Positions 50,754-59,567 of a DNA stretch of 64,000 nt are shown here, in pieces. A model generated the notes under the pieces. It saw nothing but the letters and a program-made list of their open reading frames with translations, ran no database searches and was not told the DNA's origin. Source of the stretch: a virus (lineage: Duplodnaviria; Caudoviricetes); IMG/VR virus record IMGVR_UViG_3300032330_001398. One strand, 5' to 3'. The number at the start of each line of letters is the position of its first letter. Position 1 is the first letter of the stretch. Made by a program: the position numbers and the translations under genes.

Positions 50754-52598
50754 TTACTGTGGAAAATGTACATATAATGAATATCTATTTTGGGTGGTTA
50801 CAACATTTCCGTTAGTTATATCAACACTACAAGGTTGTGGTAGTCTGTCGCTTTGAGTAGCAAATTTATAGTATTTTTGATATCTAGGATCATAATAAGC
50901 AGCTTTATACCATTCATGTAAACTTGGAATTACTGCTTTTTCCGATAGCGCTCTTTGATAATAGCCGCTATAATCTTCATTATTAGATAAATCATATGCG
51001 CCAGTTTCTGTGCTATCGGACGTTCCTCCAAAAGATGGTTTGTTATTGTGTAACCAATTACAATATCTAGCAGCATGAATCCAATTTAAGCCAACCGCTG
51101 GTCTGCTTAAATTGTAAGAATAAACAAAGTATCTATTTCCAACCGGCCGAGTGGAGTCAAATAGTAATTGGTTTCCATAACTAGATTCTAGAGCTACTAA
51201 TGAACCAGATACTAATTTCATGCCAATCGTACAGTATTTTAGATTAAGGTGTTGAGCGCCGGTTGGATCAACAGTATTTAAATATGTAACGAATTCAGAA
51301 AATGTTAGTGGGTTTTTTTTAATCCAATATGGATAATTAACTGTTCCAATATTTTGTAAACCTAGTTCTAGTGTGGATGGTATGTCATACCTATATCTAC
51401 TTTCTCCTTGTGTTATTGTGTCGCTAGGATTTGAAATATTTCCAACCTCTGCCCATAAACTACTTTCATTTTGTGGAGGTGGTGAACACCTTACAATTCT
51501 AAGTCCAGTAGGATTATTGTCACTTTTTTGTAGAGTACTATTATAATAAGTTGATAGATTTGGAGCATTTTTTGCTGGAAATGTATAGTGTATCGCAACT
51601 CTTTGATTAAAGTAGGTGATTTGATCATTCGTTAATATGAAAGCGTTGTCGTATACTGATCCACCAAGAGCTACTCTAGTACTTCCAGCGTAATAAGACC
51701 CAGCACCGGCGAAATCATCTATATATTCATAAATATTTCCATCTTGACCATATGTTCCGTAATAACTTGGGTTAGTTGATGTGCTAACATTTACTGGAAG
51801 AATCTCTAGTTTTGATGTATTATTATAAGTTGGTCCTGTTCCGGCATCATTATAATACGTATAGCCAAGAGTTTGATTTCCATAGGCCGCGTATGTTATT
51901 GCTATTCCGGGAACTGCCGTTGTGGTAGTTGTTGTTGAAGTTGTTGGGCCAGATGTTGTAGTTGTTGTTGGGCCAGATGTGGTGGTGGTGGTGGTGGTTG
52001 TTGGACCAGATGTTGTGGTGGTGGTTGTTGGACCAGATGTTGTGGTCGTTGTTGGACCAGATGTAGTAGTTGGTCCAGATGTTGTTGTGGTCGTTGGACC
52101 AAGCGTGGTAGTGATAATACTACAGTCTAATGTTCCACACTCAACAGCATAAATACTTAAAGTTAATGGATTACTCCAATATCCAATTGCTGGAATTTTA
52201 GTTGAAGAAGCGTTAACAATTTTAATTGATATTTCGTCATTATTACTAACATATGAGTAAGCTATTACTGTTCCAGATAAAAGTTCTCTTGATGGAGAAA
52301 CCGATATAGAATATGCTTTTGATGTTAAAACGCCGGGAACATTTACTGTTAGAGTGTGACTTGAATTTACTAATATTTCTGGGAGAGTATAAACGCAAGA
52401 TCTACGTGTAAAAATATTATTGTTGTTATCTCCACCAATTGATGGTAGTTGACTCCAAGTTTTTACACCGTCACCAACTTTTAATAAATTTGCATCGATA
52501 GCAAAAGCTGGTTCTCCAGAAGCTAAAACTGGATTTGCATCATTAAACTCAGAAAGAGGTCCGCGACGAATTTTAATAGTATCATAAAAAGTAGTCAC
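50754..52598 (-). CDS. Tail fibre/receptor-binding protein: Mtd_N-like, Thr-rich stalk, FGE-sulfatase (CLec-fold) domain
   Basis: IKIRRG..PVLASGEPAFAIDANLLKVGDG..WSQLP; TTTTSGP repeats; YGTYGQDGNIYEY, AARYCNWLHN, TETGAY, IPSLHEWYKAAYY. Confidence 0.8.
   Translation of the reverse strand: MTTFYDTIKIRRGPLSEFNDANPVLASGEPAFAIDANLLKVGDGVKTWSQLPSIGGDNNNNIFTRRSCVYTLPEILVNSSHTLTVNVPGVLTSKAYSISVSPSRELLSGTVIAYSYVSNNDEISIKIVNASSTKIPAIGYWSNPLTLSIYAVECGTLDCSIITTTLGPTTTTTSGPTTTSGPTTTTTSGPTTTTTTSGPTTTTTTTTSGPTTTTTSGPTTSTTTTTTAVPGIAITYAAYGNQTLGYTYYNDAGTGPTYNNTSKLEILPVNVSTSTNPSYYGTYGQDGNIYEYIDDFAGAGSYYAGSTRVALGGSVYDNAFILTNDQITYFNQRVAIHYTFPAKNAPNLSTYYNSTLQKSDNNPTGLRIVRCSPPPQNESSLWAEVGNISNPSDTITQGESRYRYDIPSTLELGLQNIGTVNYPYWIKKNPLTFSEFVTYLNTVDPTGAQHLNLKYCTIGMKLVSGSLVALESSYGNQLLFDSTRPVGNRYFVYSYNLSRPAVGLNWIHAARYCNWLHNNKPSFGGTSDSTETGAYDLSNNEDYSGYYQRALSEKAVIPSLHEWYKAAYYDPRYQKYYKFATQSDRLPQPCSVDITNGNVVTTQNRYSLYVHFPQ
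51919..52113 (-). repeat. Tandem (T)nSGP repeats
   Basis: Six SGP units separated by Thr runs (recurring TTGGNCCAGATGT on the + strand). Confidence 0.85.
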
Positions 52599-52610
52599 AG
52601 GCTATCCCTA

Positions 52611-52814
52611 TTAATGTGTTAAGGATTGTATGAATTGATCTATCAACTCTGGAGTCCACAGTAATTGAGCAATAGCTAGTGCTTGTGGATGTTCTTCTGG
52701 TGGCAAGTCTCCATTTGGAAGATAAGTTGCTCTACCTAGTGGCGCTAATGGATCATCTAATTTAATCCTCACAACTATAACACCATTTGGGAATATATCT
52801 GTTCTTATTATCAT
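52611..52814 (-). CDS. Small tail-fibre-associated (chaperone-like) protein
   Basis: C-terminal QALAIAQLLWTPELIDQF resembles the small 'AVWT.EV' proteins found next to phage fibre genes. Confidence 0.45.
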   Translation of the reverse strand: MIIRTDIFPNGVIVVRIKLDDPLAPLGRATYLPNGDLPPEEHPQALAIAQLLWTPELIDQFIQSLTH

Positions 52815-52824
52815 TAGTTGTTCC

Positions 52825-53742
52825 TTAAAATACTTCGTTAATAGTCCAAGTTATTTTTCTTGCTGGGAATCCGTCAACGTCACTAAATACCCATGAACCA
52901 TTAGCTGCTAGCATTTCTTCTGCATCATCTTGTCTAATCCAAAAACTTCCATCTGGTTGATCGTGACGCTTATCGCCACCATTCCAAATTCCCCAACTAT
53001 TTTGAACTAAAAATAATGTTTCGTTGTATATCTCGCGTGTATCATCCATTCCTACCCAAGCCATCGCGTGACCCCAATTTCCACTTCTTTTTGCTATACC
53101 ATTTTTATCTCTGCGAGAAGAAAATCCAGAATTACTACATACAGAAATTGAATAACCGTTGGCTAAAGCATCTCTAGCTTGAGCAACAGTATTAACTAAA
53201 CTAATAGTTTTAACTTGGTGTTTTTTAGCTTCGTTAACTAAATCGTCTGGTATTCCGCGACTACCCCATTTTCCACCAATAGCGCTATATTCTGATAGAT
53301 CTATATCGCCATATTGTTGACGTAGCAATATTCCACCAGTTTGATGAACAAACCTTGCGGCAGCGGAACAACTCATACCTTCGCCAGCATAACCTCTTGA
53401 TCCATAAATAGCTTCTGTTGCACCTTTGGCAACAAATTCTTCGCGTTCGCCACCTATTATTTCGCAGCAGCGTGTAACGTCAACGCTGTTTCGCGTAGCA
53501 TGGCTGACACAATCACCTTGGACCTGTCTTTCTGACCGGCCAAAATCTGGATCGTATTTCATGATACTTTTAAAAAGTAAAGCTAACTTACCTTCGCCAG
53601 TACCAGATAAATTATATGCTGATGCGCCGAATAGAGGGTGTGGCAATTCTCCTAAGAGTTTCGCCACATCCTCTGGGTCGCACCAAGAGCCATTAAATCC
53701 ATCTTTATAAGCTTTTAATAGCTCACTTGGAGTTTTAAACAT
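52825..53742 (-). CDS. Papain-like (C1) cysteine peptidase
   Basis: QVQGDCVSHA (Gln/Cys), WGHAM (His), VQNSWG (Asn), GSFWI; no signal peptide. Confidence 0.85.
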   Translation of the reverse strand: MFKTPSELLKAYKDGFNGSWCDPEDVAKLLGELPHPLFGASAYNLSGTGEGKLALLFKSIMKYDPDFGRSERQVQGDCVSHATRNSVDVTRCCEIIGGEREEFVAKGATEAIYGSRGYAGEGMSCSAAARFVHQTGGILLRQQYGDIDLSEYSAIGGKWGSRGIPDDLVNEAKKHQVKTISLVNTVAQARDALANGYSISVCSNSGFSSRRDKNGIAKRSGNWGHAMAWVGMDDTREIYNETLFLVQNSWGIWNGGDKRHDQPDGSFWIRQDDAEEMLAANGSWVFSDVDGFPARKITWTINEVF

Positions 53743-53752
53743 TATATGTTCC

Positions 53753-53962
53753 TTACTTTGTGTTATCTTTAACCCATTTTACTGCTGAGTCGATTAGAAT
53801 TGTTACTACTGGAACAACTAATGCGGTGCCAGCACCAAGATCGATGTTGGATAAATTCTGACCGACATAAGTTAAAACAGCAGCTAAACCTACTAATACA
53901 GCATTTTTGGCTAACGATAAAGCATCGTTCTTGTTAAATTCGAAAGCTTTTGAGTCTAACAT
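53753..53962 (-). CDS. Putative holin (2 TM)
   Basis: 69 aa with two hydrophobic helices and a basic C-terminus, directly upstream of the peptidase. Confidence 0.55.
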   Translation of the reverse strand: MLDSKAFEFNKNDALSLAKNAVLVGLAAVLTYVGQNLSNIDLGAGTALVVPVVTILIDSAVKWVKDNTK

Positions 53963-53964
53963 TA

Positions 53965-54558
53965 TTATACCTCTTTGAGTTCTGAGACACTGACTAAAAA
54001 ACCACCATGTTCATGATCGTTTATTTTATATGGATATCCGGTCATCTGAACAAGTTTTCCATCACAGTTTTTGCTAACCCTCATGAATTTTCTATTCATT
54101 TCTAAACAAGATTTGAATTCTGCTAAAAATTCTTCTCTTTCATCTTCGTCTATATATGAAACCCAATCAAAACCTTCTGCGTGTTGTAGCTTATTAGCTG
54201 TTAACCTACAAAAGTTTTCATTGGACCAAGTTATTCTTCCTTTACTATCGGTTTCAAACAAAGAAACTAAACTATAATGTAAAGCTGCTTTTGTTCGTTG
54301 TTCGATAATTTTTTGACGCATCTCCATCCTGTGACAAGTAGTTCTTAAATCAACCACAGCATCTTTTAAACTATTTCCACCATTTGTGGTTAGTTCCTTC
54401 TTAATATCATTTATAGCTTTACTTACTAACTCTTGACCATTCATTAATTTGATAACTGGAACAACAACCTTAACCCAAATTAAGCTAAAGAAAGTTCCAA
54501 CACCACCAAGTAAACTTAAGATAAGAGTTACATACTCTGGATTTTTAAAATCTATCAT
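53965..54558 (-). CDS. Membrane-anchored PAS-domain protein
   Basis: N-terminal TM; ELTTNGGNSLKDAV coiled coil; PAS pattern FETDSKGRITWSNENFCRLT..GFDWVSYIDEDERE. Confidence 0.8.
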   Translation of the reverse strand: MIDFKNPEYVTLILSLLGGVGTFFSLIWVKVVVPVIKLMNGQELVSKAINDIKKELTTNGGNSLKDAVVDLRTTCHRMEMRQKIIEQRTKAALHYSLVSLFETDSKGRITWSNENFCRLTANKLQHAEGFDWVSYIDEDEREEFLAEFKSCLEMNRKFMRVSKNCDGKLVQMTGYPYKINDHEHGGFLVSVSELKEV

Positions 54559-54584
54559 GATTTCCCCAAAGTGATGCGATTAAT

Positions 54585-54614
54585 GGTGCCCTATAACATG
54601 AGCTATAAGGCACC
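54585..54614 (-). terminator. Stem-loop downstream of the 54631-55257 gene (terminator or processing site)
   Basis: GGTGCCTTATA-gctcatgt-TATAGGGCACC on the - strand; weak U tract. Confidence 0.5.
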
Positions 54615-54630
54615 TTTAATCTATATTAAA

Positions 54631-55257
54631 TCAAGATTCACGTACATTCTTAGCCTTATAGGAAACTGTGGTGGGACCAGCTAAGTAACCAAAGAAGTAG
54701 GTTAGATTGCCGGGAACCGAACGGCTAACAGTAGCAGCAGCGTCCGTTGCCGATGATGATCCATCGTCAGCTTGAACGTAGTTAACAACTGTTCCAGCAC
54801 CAGTACCCTTTGTGCGACCGGGAACAATCTTCCCGCCATTTGGTACTGCTAGAATATTAAATGAAGTGTCAGAGTATGAACCTAATTGGCGAGTTGTAAC
54901 AAGCTTATTAATAGTCTTGTTTGTGGCACCGCCGGGGATAGTTAGTACTGTTGATGAATCATTGTTAACCTTAGAAGCATTATCACCAGCATATCTCATG
55001 ATATAGTTGGTGCCTTTTGCTGGATTATAAGCGATACCGCCAGTACCAGCAGATTTTGCCAAGGCAATGCCCCAAGGGTCACTTGTGCCATTACCAGTAG
55101 CTGTATTTACATAAACTTTTGAGCCATAGCCATTATTGACTGAGGCATTGATAGTATTTAGTTCTAGATTTTTGGTTGTGTCACTGACATTACCAGCGTG
55201 AACAATTGTACCGCCATTATTATTTTTGACACCAGCCTTGGCTGTTGTATATGACAT
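54631..55257 (-). CDS. Gly/Thr-rich putative virion protein
   Basis: Strong AGGAG RBS, upstream late-type motif, small-residue-rich sequence. Confidence 0.55.
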   Translation of the reverse strand: MSYTTAKAGVKNNNGGTIVHAGNVSDTTKNLELNTINASVNNGYGSKVYVNTATGNGTSDPWGIALAKSAGTGGIAYNPAKGTNYIMRYAGDNASKVNNDSSTVLTIPGGATNKTINKLVTTRQLGSYSDTSFNILAVPNGGKIVPGRTKGTGAGTVVNYVQADDGSSSATDAAATVSRSVPGNLTYFFGYLAGPTTVSYKAKNVRES

Positions 55258-55323
55258 AGATATTTCTCCTAGTAAAATAATTTAGTAAATTTGTGATATC
55301 CATGTCCTTACAAAGTCCTAGTC

Positions 55324-55340
55324 CTAACTGTTAATACACG
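55324..55340 (-). promoter_or_regulatory. Putative phage late-promoter motif CGTGTATTA-N-TAG
   Basis: Intergenic CGTGTATTAACAGTTAG, matching the motif at 13203. Confidence 0.4.
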
Positions 55341-55341
55341 A

Positions 55342-55812
55342 TTATGCGAATTTTTTACGAATATTCTGTATCATTTTATGTACTTTGCGTCTGGTACTTT
55401 CTCTATTTGTTCCATACTTTTGTGCCATTTCAGCGATTGTCATATTACTAGCTTTATCAATAAATATTTGCTTTTCTTCCTCGTTTAACTCGTCAAATAT
55501 GTCTATAATTAGAAATGGATCTTTATTATTAGATATATTGTCGTGTAATTTACCGCCGAAACGTTGAGATTTATTCTTAAATTTTATTTCCTTCATACAT
55601 TCGATAAAAACCCCGTTATAAAGATACGTTGTGAATTTGGCTGCTTTATTTGGATCATGATTCAAAAAAGCTTTCCAAAGAGCGTTGATTTGGCATGTGT
55701 AGATAGTATCTTTATCTAACTGTCCTTTAAATCTTTTTGAAGCCCTATTCATTATTTTAACTATATTACTATCATTTAATGCTGTTTCAATTTTATCATC
55801 AATACAATCCAT
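55342..55812 (-). CDS. Sigma70-family RNA polymerase sigma factor (regions 2 and 4)
   Basis: ALWKAFLNHDPNKAAKFTTYLY (region 2); LNEEEKQI..MTIAEMAQKYGTNRESTRR (region 4 HTH). Confidence 0.8.
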   Translation of the reverse strand: MDCIDDKIETALNDSNIVKIMNRASKRFKGQLDKDTIYTCQINALWKAFLNHDPNKAAKFTTYLYNGVFIECMKEIKFKNKSQRFGGKLHDNISNNKDPFLIIDIFDELNEEEKQIFIDKASNMTIAEMAQKYGTNRESTRRKVHKMIQNIRKKFA

Positions 55813-55813
55813 A

Positions 55814-56236
55814 TCAATCTCCTTTAATTAGATTTTGCTCAATTGTCTTTCTTACTTCTTTAAAATCAAACATCTGTCCTATTCCAACAAAAAATCTATA
55901 CCTACTACAAATTTTTAGTAATTCTATGCCGGGAATTTGATTTAGTTTATCTTTTATTTTTGGCGTTATATCAAAGTTGGTATGGCCTATCCAGCAGTCA
56001 AAATTAGAGAGCATTGTCACATCCTCTATCAACTGATTAGTGATAGGCATCATTGTATTTAATTCACCTAAATCCTCTAAATCTTCTTCATCATCGTCAT
56101 CATCAATATTCTTATTTGCTTGTATGTTTTGTATAGCTATATTTTGAATAATAGTATTTAATAGTGGTGAAGATAGTTGTTTTTCAATAAAATCTTCATA
56201 CTTTTGCCATCCTATTTTTTTGATAAATTTTTGCAT
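55814..56236 (-). CDS. Hypothetical protein
   Basis: 140 aa with acidic tract; WIGHTNFDIT..SRYRFFVGIG. Confidence 0.6.
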   Translation of the reverse strand: MQKFIKKIGWQKYEDFIEKQLSSPLLNTIIQNIAIQNIQANKNIDDDDDEEDLEDLGELNTMMPITNQLIEDVTMLSNFDCWIGHTNFDITPKIKDKLNQIPGIELLKICSRYRFFVGIGQMFDFKEVRKTIEQNLIKGD

Positions 56237-56254
56237 ACTCGGACTCCTTTGCCA

Positions 56255-56635
56255 TTATAGCATGTCGGAAGGTTTGATGCAAGGCTCATCCTTTGTGCTA
56301 TCCTTAGTAGACTGTAGTATTTTGTATCTTGCTTGCTGACCAACATGTGTTAATATAGTTAGCAAAACTTCTGGTTGATCATCATTTATAAGACCCTGTT
56401 TTAACATATTGATCGTTTCCATATAGAAACCATCGTTAGAAAGGGTGTCTAACAATTTACACATAGCATTTATTGATTCAACTTTATAATCATCCATTAG
56501 TATATCGATACTTGCCTCAAGGTTAGAATCAATATTGTACGCTATAGTTACTAATGGTAATTTATCTGGTTTTTGATCAATATTTTCCTGTTCAATTATT
56601 TTGGACTCTTTGTTTTTCTTGAAGAAATTAAACAT
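56255..56635 (-). CDS. Hypothetical protein
   Basis: ORF, likely start MFNFFK. Confidence 0.5.
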   Translation of the reverse strand: MFNFFKKNKESKIIEQENIDQKPDKLPLVTIAYNIDSNLEASIDILMDDYKVESINAMCKLLDTLSNDGFYMETINMLKQGLINDDQPEVLLTILTHVGQQARYKILQSTKDSTKDEPCIKPSDML

Positions 56636-57698
56636 TTTGTAACACCAAATTAGCTGAATTATCCCAGTTATAATTCTCAATACTCTTTAGTGCTAAATTA
56701 TTTATAGTCAACGAACTTGATTGTTTTAAGGAGTGGATATCTCTTAAATGGCTAATAAATTGATCTATTTCGTAATCATCTATTTTAGCCCAATTTCCAC
56801 ACTTGCCATGAAACCACTTTCCATCATAAGCTAGTTCAGTATTTTTTATATCGACTAGTCTGGAGTTCAAACTTGTGCAAAACTCTGTGTGTGCTGAGAA
56901 ATTTGTTGTAATCACACTCTTTCCACAAGCCATCATTTCTAATAACTCTAAATTCCAACCCTCTGCTCTTGATGGAAATACTCCACAATCTACTTGTGCC
57001 ATTATATTATACACTTCTTGCTGTGTTTGCTGGCGTGGAAATATCTTAATTTTATCTCCTAATTTTGAGTTTAAATATAGATCTTTCCATTCTTTAGATT
57101 CATTTGATGATAAAAATGGGTTATCACAAAGCATCCATAATTCAACATTGTCAGATTTTTCAAATGCCATATTAAATATTTTATATAGCACATCATGGCC
57201 TTTTCTAACTTCCCATTTGCCACAATTCAAGAATATGGTTTTGTCGCTGACGGTAGAAGCGTTAGAAACTTTGAAAATATTTTTATCAAAACCGAGTGGT
57301 ATAACATGAATATTATTTTTTCCAACGATAGTATTATTAATAACCACACCTTTCGCCCATTGTGAGCATACGAATATGCTATCTAAAGAATTGAGATGAT
57401 GCTTCTCTAAATCATTAAATTCATCTAATTCAAATATCGGAAAACCGATTCTTTTACCCCTTCCAGCAAATTGCGTCATATCATTTTGATGCCATATTTT
57501 AATACATGGAGCATCAAAGTCTAGAAAATTTTTATTACGTATACATACTGATATTAAATCAGCATCGGGTTGATTTGTTACCTGCGGTTGCCCTATTACG
57601 CATAAACTTACTGGAGTTTTTTTTGCTAGGAATTTTACTAGATTTAATCCTGTAATTCCATAGCCTAATTGATTAATTGGACTAACTATGTTAAGCAT
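56628..57698 (-). CDS. Glycosyltransferase family 4 (GT-B)
   Basis: GKWEVRKGHD; GVFPSRAEGWNLELLEMMACGK. Confidence 0.9.
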   Translation of the reverse strand: MLNIVSPINQLGYGITGLNLVKFLAKKTPVSLCVIGQPQVTNQPDADLISVCIRNKNFLDFDAPCIKIWHQNDMTQFAGRGKRIGFPIFELDEFNDLEKHHLNSLDSIFVCSQWAKGVVINNTIVGKNNIHVIPLGFDKNIFKVSNASTVSDKTIFLNCGKWEVRKGHDVLYKIFNMAFEKSDNVELWMLCDNPFLSSNESKEWKDLYLNSKLGDKIKIFPRQQTQQEVYNIMAQVDCGVFPSRAEGWNLELLEMMACGKSVITTNFSAHTEFCTSLNSRLVDIKNTELAYDGKWFHGKCGNWAKIDDYEIDQFISHLRDIHSLKQSSSLTINNLALKSIENYNWDNSANLVLQNV

Positions 57699-58630
57699 TT
57701 TTCACCTATAATTTGTATTTTAGAATCATGGAACATAGAATTTGTATGATGAGAATAAGATACTATCATACTTGGATCTAATAGTATTTTGTATCCGCTA
57801 TCTATTATTTCTTTATTTAACATAACGTGGTCTGGATCTGTAAATCCTTCTTGCCATTGTTTTGCTTTGTATTGTTTATTTAATAAGTGGTTTTTTTTGT
57901 ATATTGCCATTCCACCAAAATTAGATTGTACTTCAAATGGGTGTTGCCCTCTACTAAGATGAATATTGTTAAACACATATAATGAATTCATATGTATTCC
58001 AGATTTCCAATTTTTTGGTCTAAATGCTAAAGTATCATACATTAAATAATTTTTATTTGGAATACTTTCTAAGTTAATCTTGCCAGAATGTTCGGCTAGT
58101 ACACCGTAAGAAGTTACTGCTGCGTATAAATCATTTGATTCTAATGTAAAAATCCCATGAGCTATTCCAATATATGACCATCCTCCACAGACATCAAGAT
58201 CAACAACGCATATATAGTCAAATTTTTTTTCCAAATTATTTATATACGTTAGATATTTATTTCTACATTCTGCTAAAATATTACATCTATTGAAGTGCCA
58301 CCTATCTTCTCCAGAAATAATCTTTGCTACATAATCTTTATCCTGTCTTTTTTCACTTATGTAGTTTAGTTTATTTGATTTATTTTGTCTTAATATTTCC
58401 ACCGTATTATCTATAGAATCATTTTCATATATAAAGATCTCGTAGTCTTTAAATAGAGATCCAGTTCGATGTAAACATTGTATGTTTCTATTAAGAACAG
58501 ATTCTGCGTCTCTTACAATACTACAAAAAATAATAGATTTATTTTTACAAATATTTTCGCCCTGCTCTACTTTATATTTATACAAAGTATTATCGCATGG
58601 AAATAAATATTCTGGAAAGTCTGTATTCAT
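57686..58630 (-). CDS. Glycosyltransferase, GT-A fold
   Basis: IVRD; IYENDSID; LAECRN; VVDLD; SNFGGMAIY; DHV. Confidence 0.8.
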   Translation of the reverse strand: MNTDFPEYLFPCDNTLYKYKVEQGENICKNKSIIFCSIVRDAESVLNRNIQCLHRTGSLFKDYEIFIYENDSIDNTVEILRQNKSNKLNYISEKRQDKDYVAKIISGEDRWHFNRCNILAECRNKYLTYINNLEKKFDYICVVDLDVCGGWSYIGIAHGIFTLESNDLYAAVTSYGVLAEHSGKINLESIPNKNYLMYDTLAFRPKNWKSGIHMNSLYVFNNIHLSRGQHPFEVQSNFGGMAIYKKNHLLNKQYKAKQWQEGFTDPDHVMLNKEIIDSGYKILLDPSMIVSYSHHTNSMFHDSKIQIIGEKCLT

Positions 58631-58633
58631 ATT

Positions 58634-59176
58634 TTAGTCTTGATTAAAAAATATCCATCTACCAAAATCATTTAGGCTAGAAGTAGAATTTATATGATCT
58701 AAATAAGAGATTAATGATTCGGAATCACCAAATATATGTTGATGAGGTAGCATGAAGAATAGCCAATTTGGGGCTTTTTGTTTTCCTTGTTCGCACCATA
58801 TTAATACTGGTTTTTTTTGTCTATTAGCTGTTACGATTTCTTCATATGTTCCACATGCGTGGGTATTTAAATCAATATGAGCTATAATAAAATCAGAAAC
58901 ATCTACACATCTTAAATCAGCACATCTAATTATAGCATAATGTTTTCTTATTTTTTCATACTGCTGAGTTTCTTTATAGTATTCTATCCACTGTCTTGAG
59001 AAATCATCTTCTAATGAATTTTGAACTGGTTTTGTGCATGGATTTAGAATTTTTATATCTAGTTTTTTAAGTGTTGGTGTTATTTTATTTCTCCATGAAA
59101 CACCACCGTCTGGAACTCTATCCATAGCTCCGACCAAATATGTTTTAGTATCTTTAAGTCTATTTATTGAATCCAT
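58634..59176 (-). CDS. Nucleoside 2-deoxyribosyltransferase-like / nucleotide N-glycosidase
   Basis: TYLVGAM..WR..NP; DLRCVDVSDFII; GTYEEI..A..KKPV. Confidence 0.75.
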   Translation of the reverse strand: MDSINRLKDTKTYLVGAMDRVPDGGVSWRNKITPTLKKLDIKILNPCTKPVQNSLEDDFSRQWIEYYKETQQYEKIRKHYAIIRCADLRCVDVSDFIIAHIDLNTHACGTYEEIVTANRQKKPVLIWCEQGKQKAPNWLFFMLPHQHIFGDSESLISYLDHINSTSSLNDFGRWIFFNQD

Positions 59177-59567
59177 TATCTATACTCCACCATACTCTTT
59201 TTATATCTAAAGCATTAATTATTTGTTCACATTTTTCACAAGGTTTACTACATCTTAATTGACCATGTTTATTCAGTCTAACGATAACCATGCGTAGGCT
59301 ACTATCTATATAGTGTTTGCCCCAAAGTCTAGAAATTAAATCTGTTTCAGCATGTAAATATGGATAATCATTGTCTATATTAAATCTCTGAGATAAGATT
59401 AACGCTTGAGTATGGGTTTTTTCTGGATTATTTTGTCCTATAGCAAGTAGTTTATTCTTTTTATATCCAAATGCGAAATGGAAGAACTTATTTTTTGTAT
59501 TCCTATTTAGTTTTGCTTTTGGTAAAAGTGTCAAAGCTATATCAAATGATTGGTCTATTATATTCAT
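59160..59567 (-). CDS. Zn-dependent cytidine/deoxycytidylate deaminase-like protein
   Basis: HAE..SKPCEKC motif. Confidence 0.8.
   Translation of the reverse strand: MNIIDQSFDIALTLLPKAKLNRNTKNKFFHFAFGYKKNKLLAIGQNNPEKTHTQALILSQRFNIDNDYPYLHAETDLISRLWGKHYIDSSLRMVIVRLNKHGQLRCSKPCEKCEQIINALDIKRVWWSIDNGFNK

Noticed and set aside
50754-52598. Diversity-generating retroelement targeting the Mtd-like gene
   Set aside because: No reverse transcriptase and no TR/VR near-duplicate seen in this window; one elsewhere in the genome cannot be excluded.
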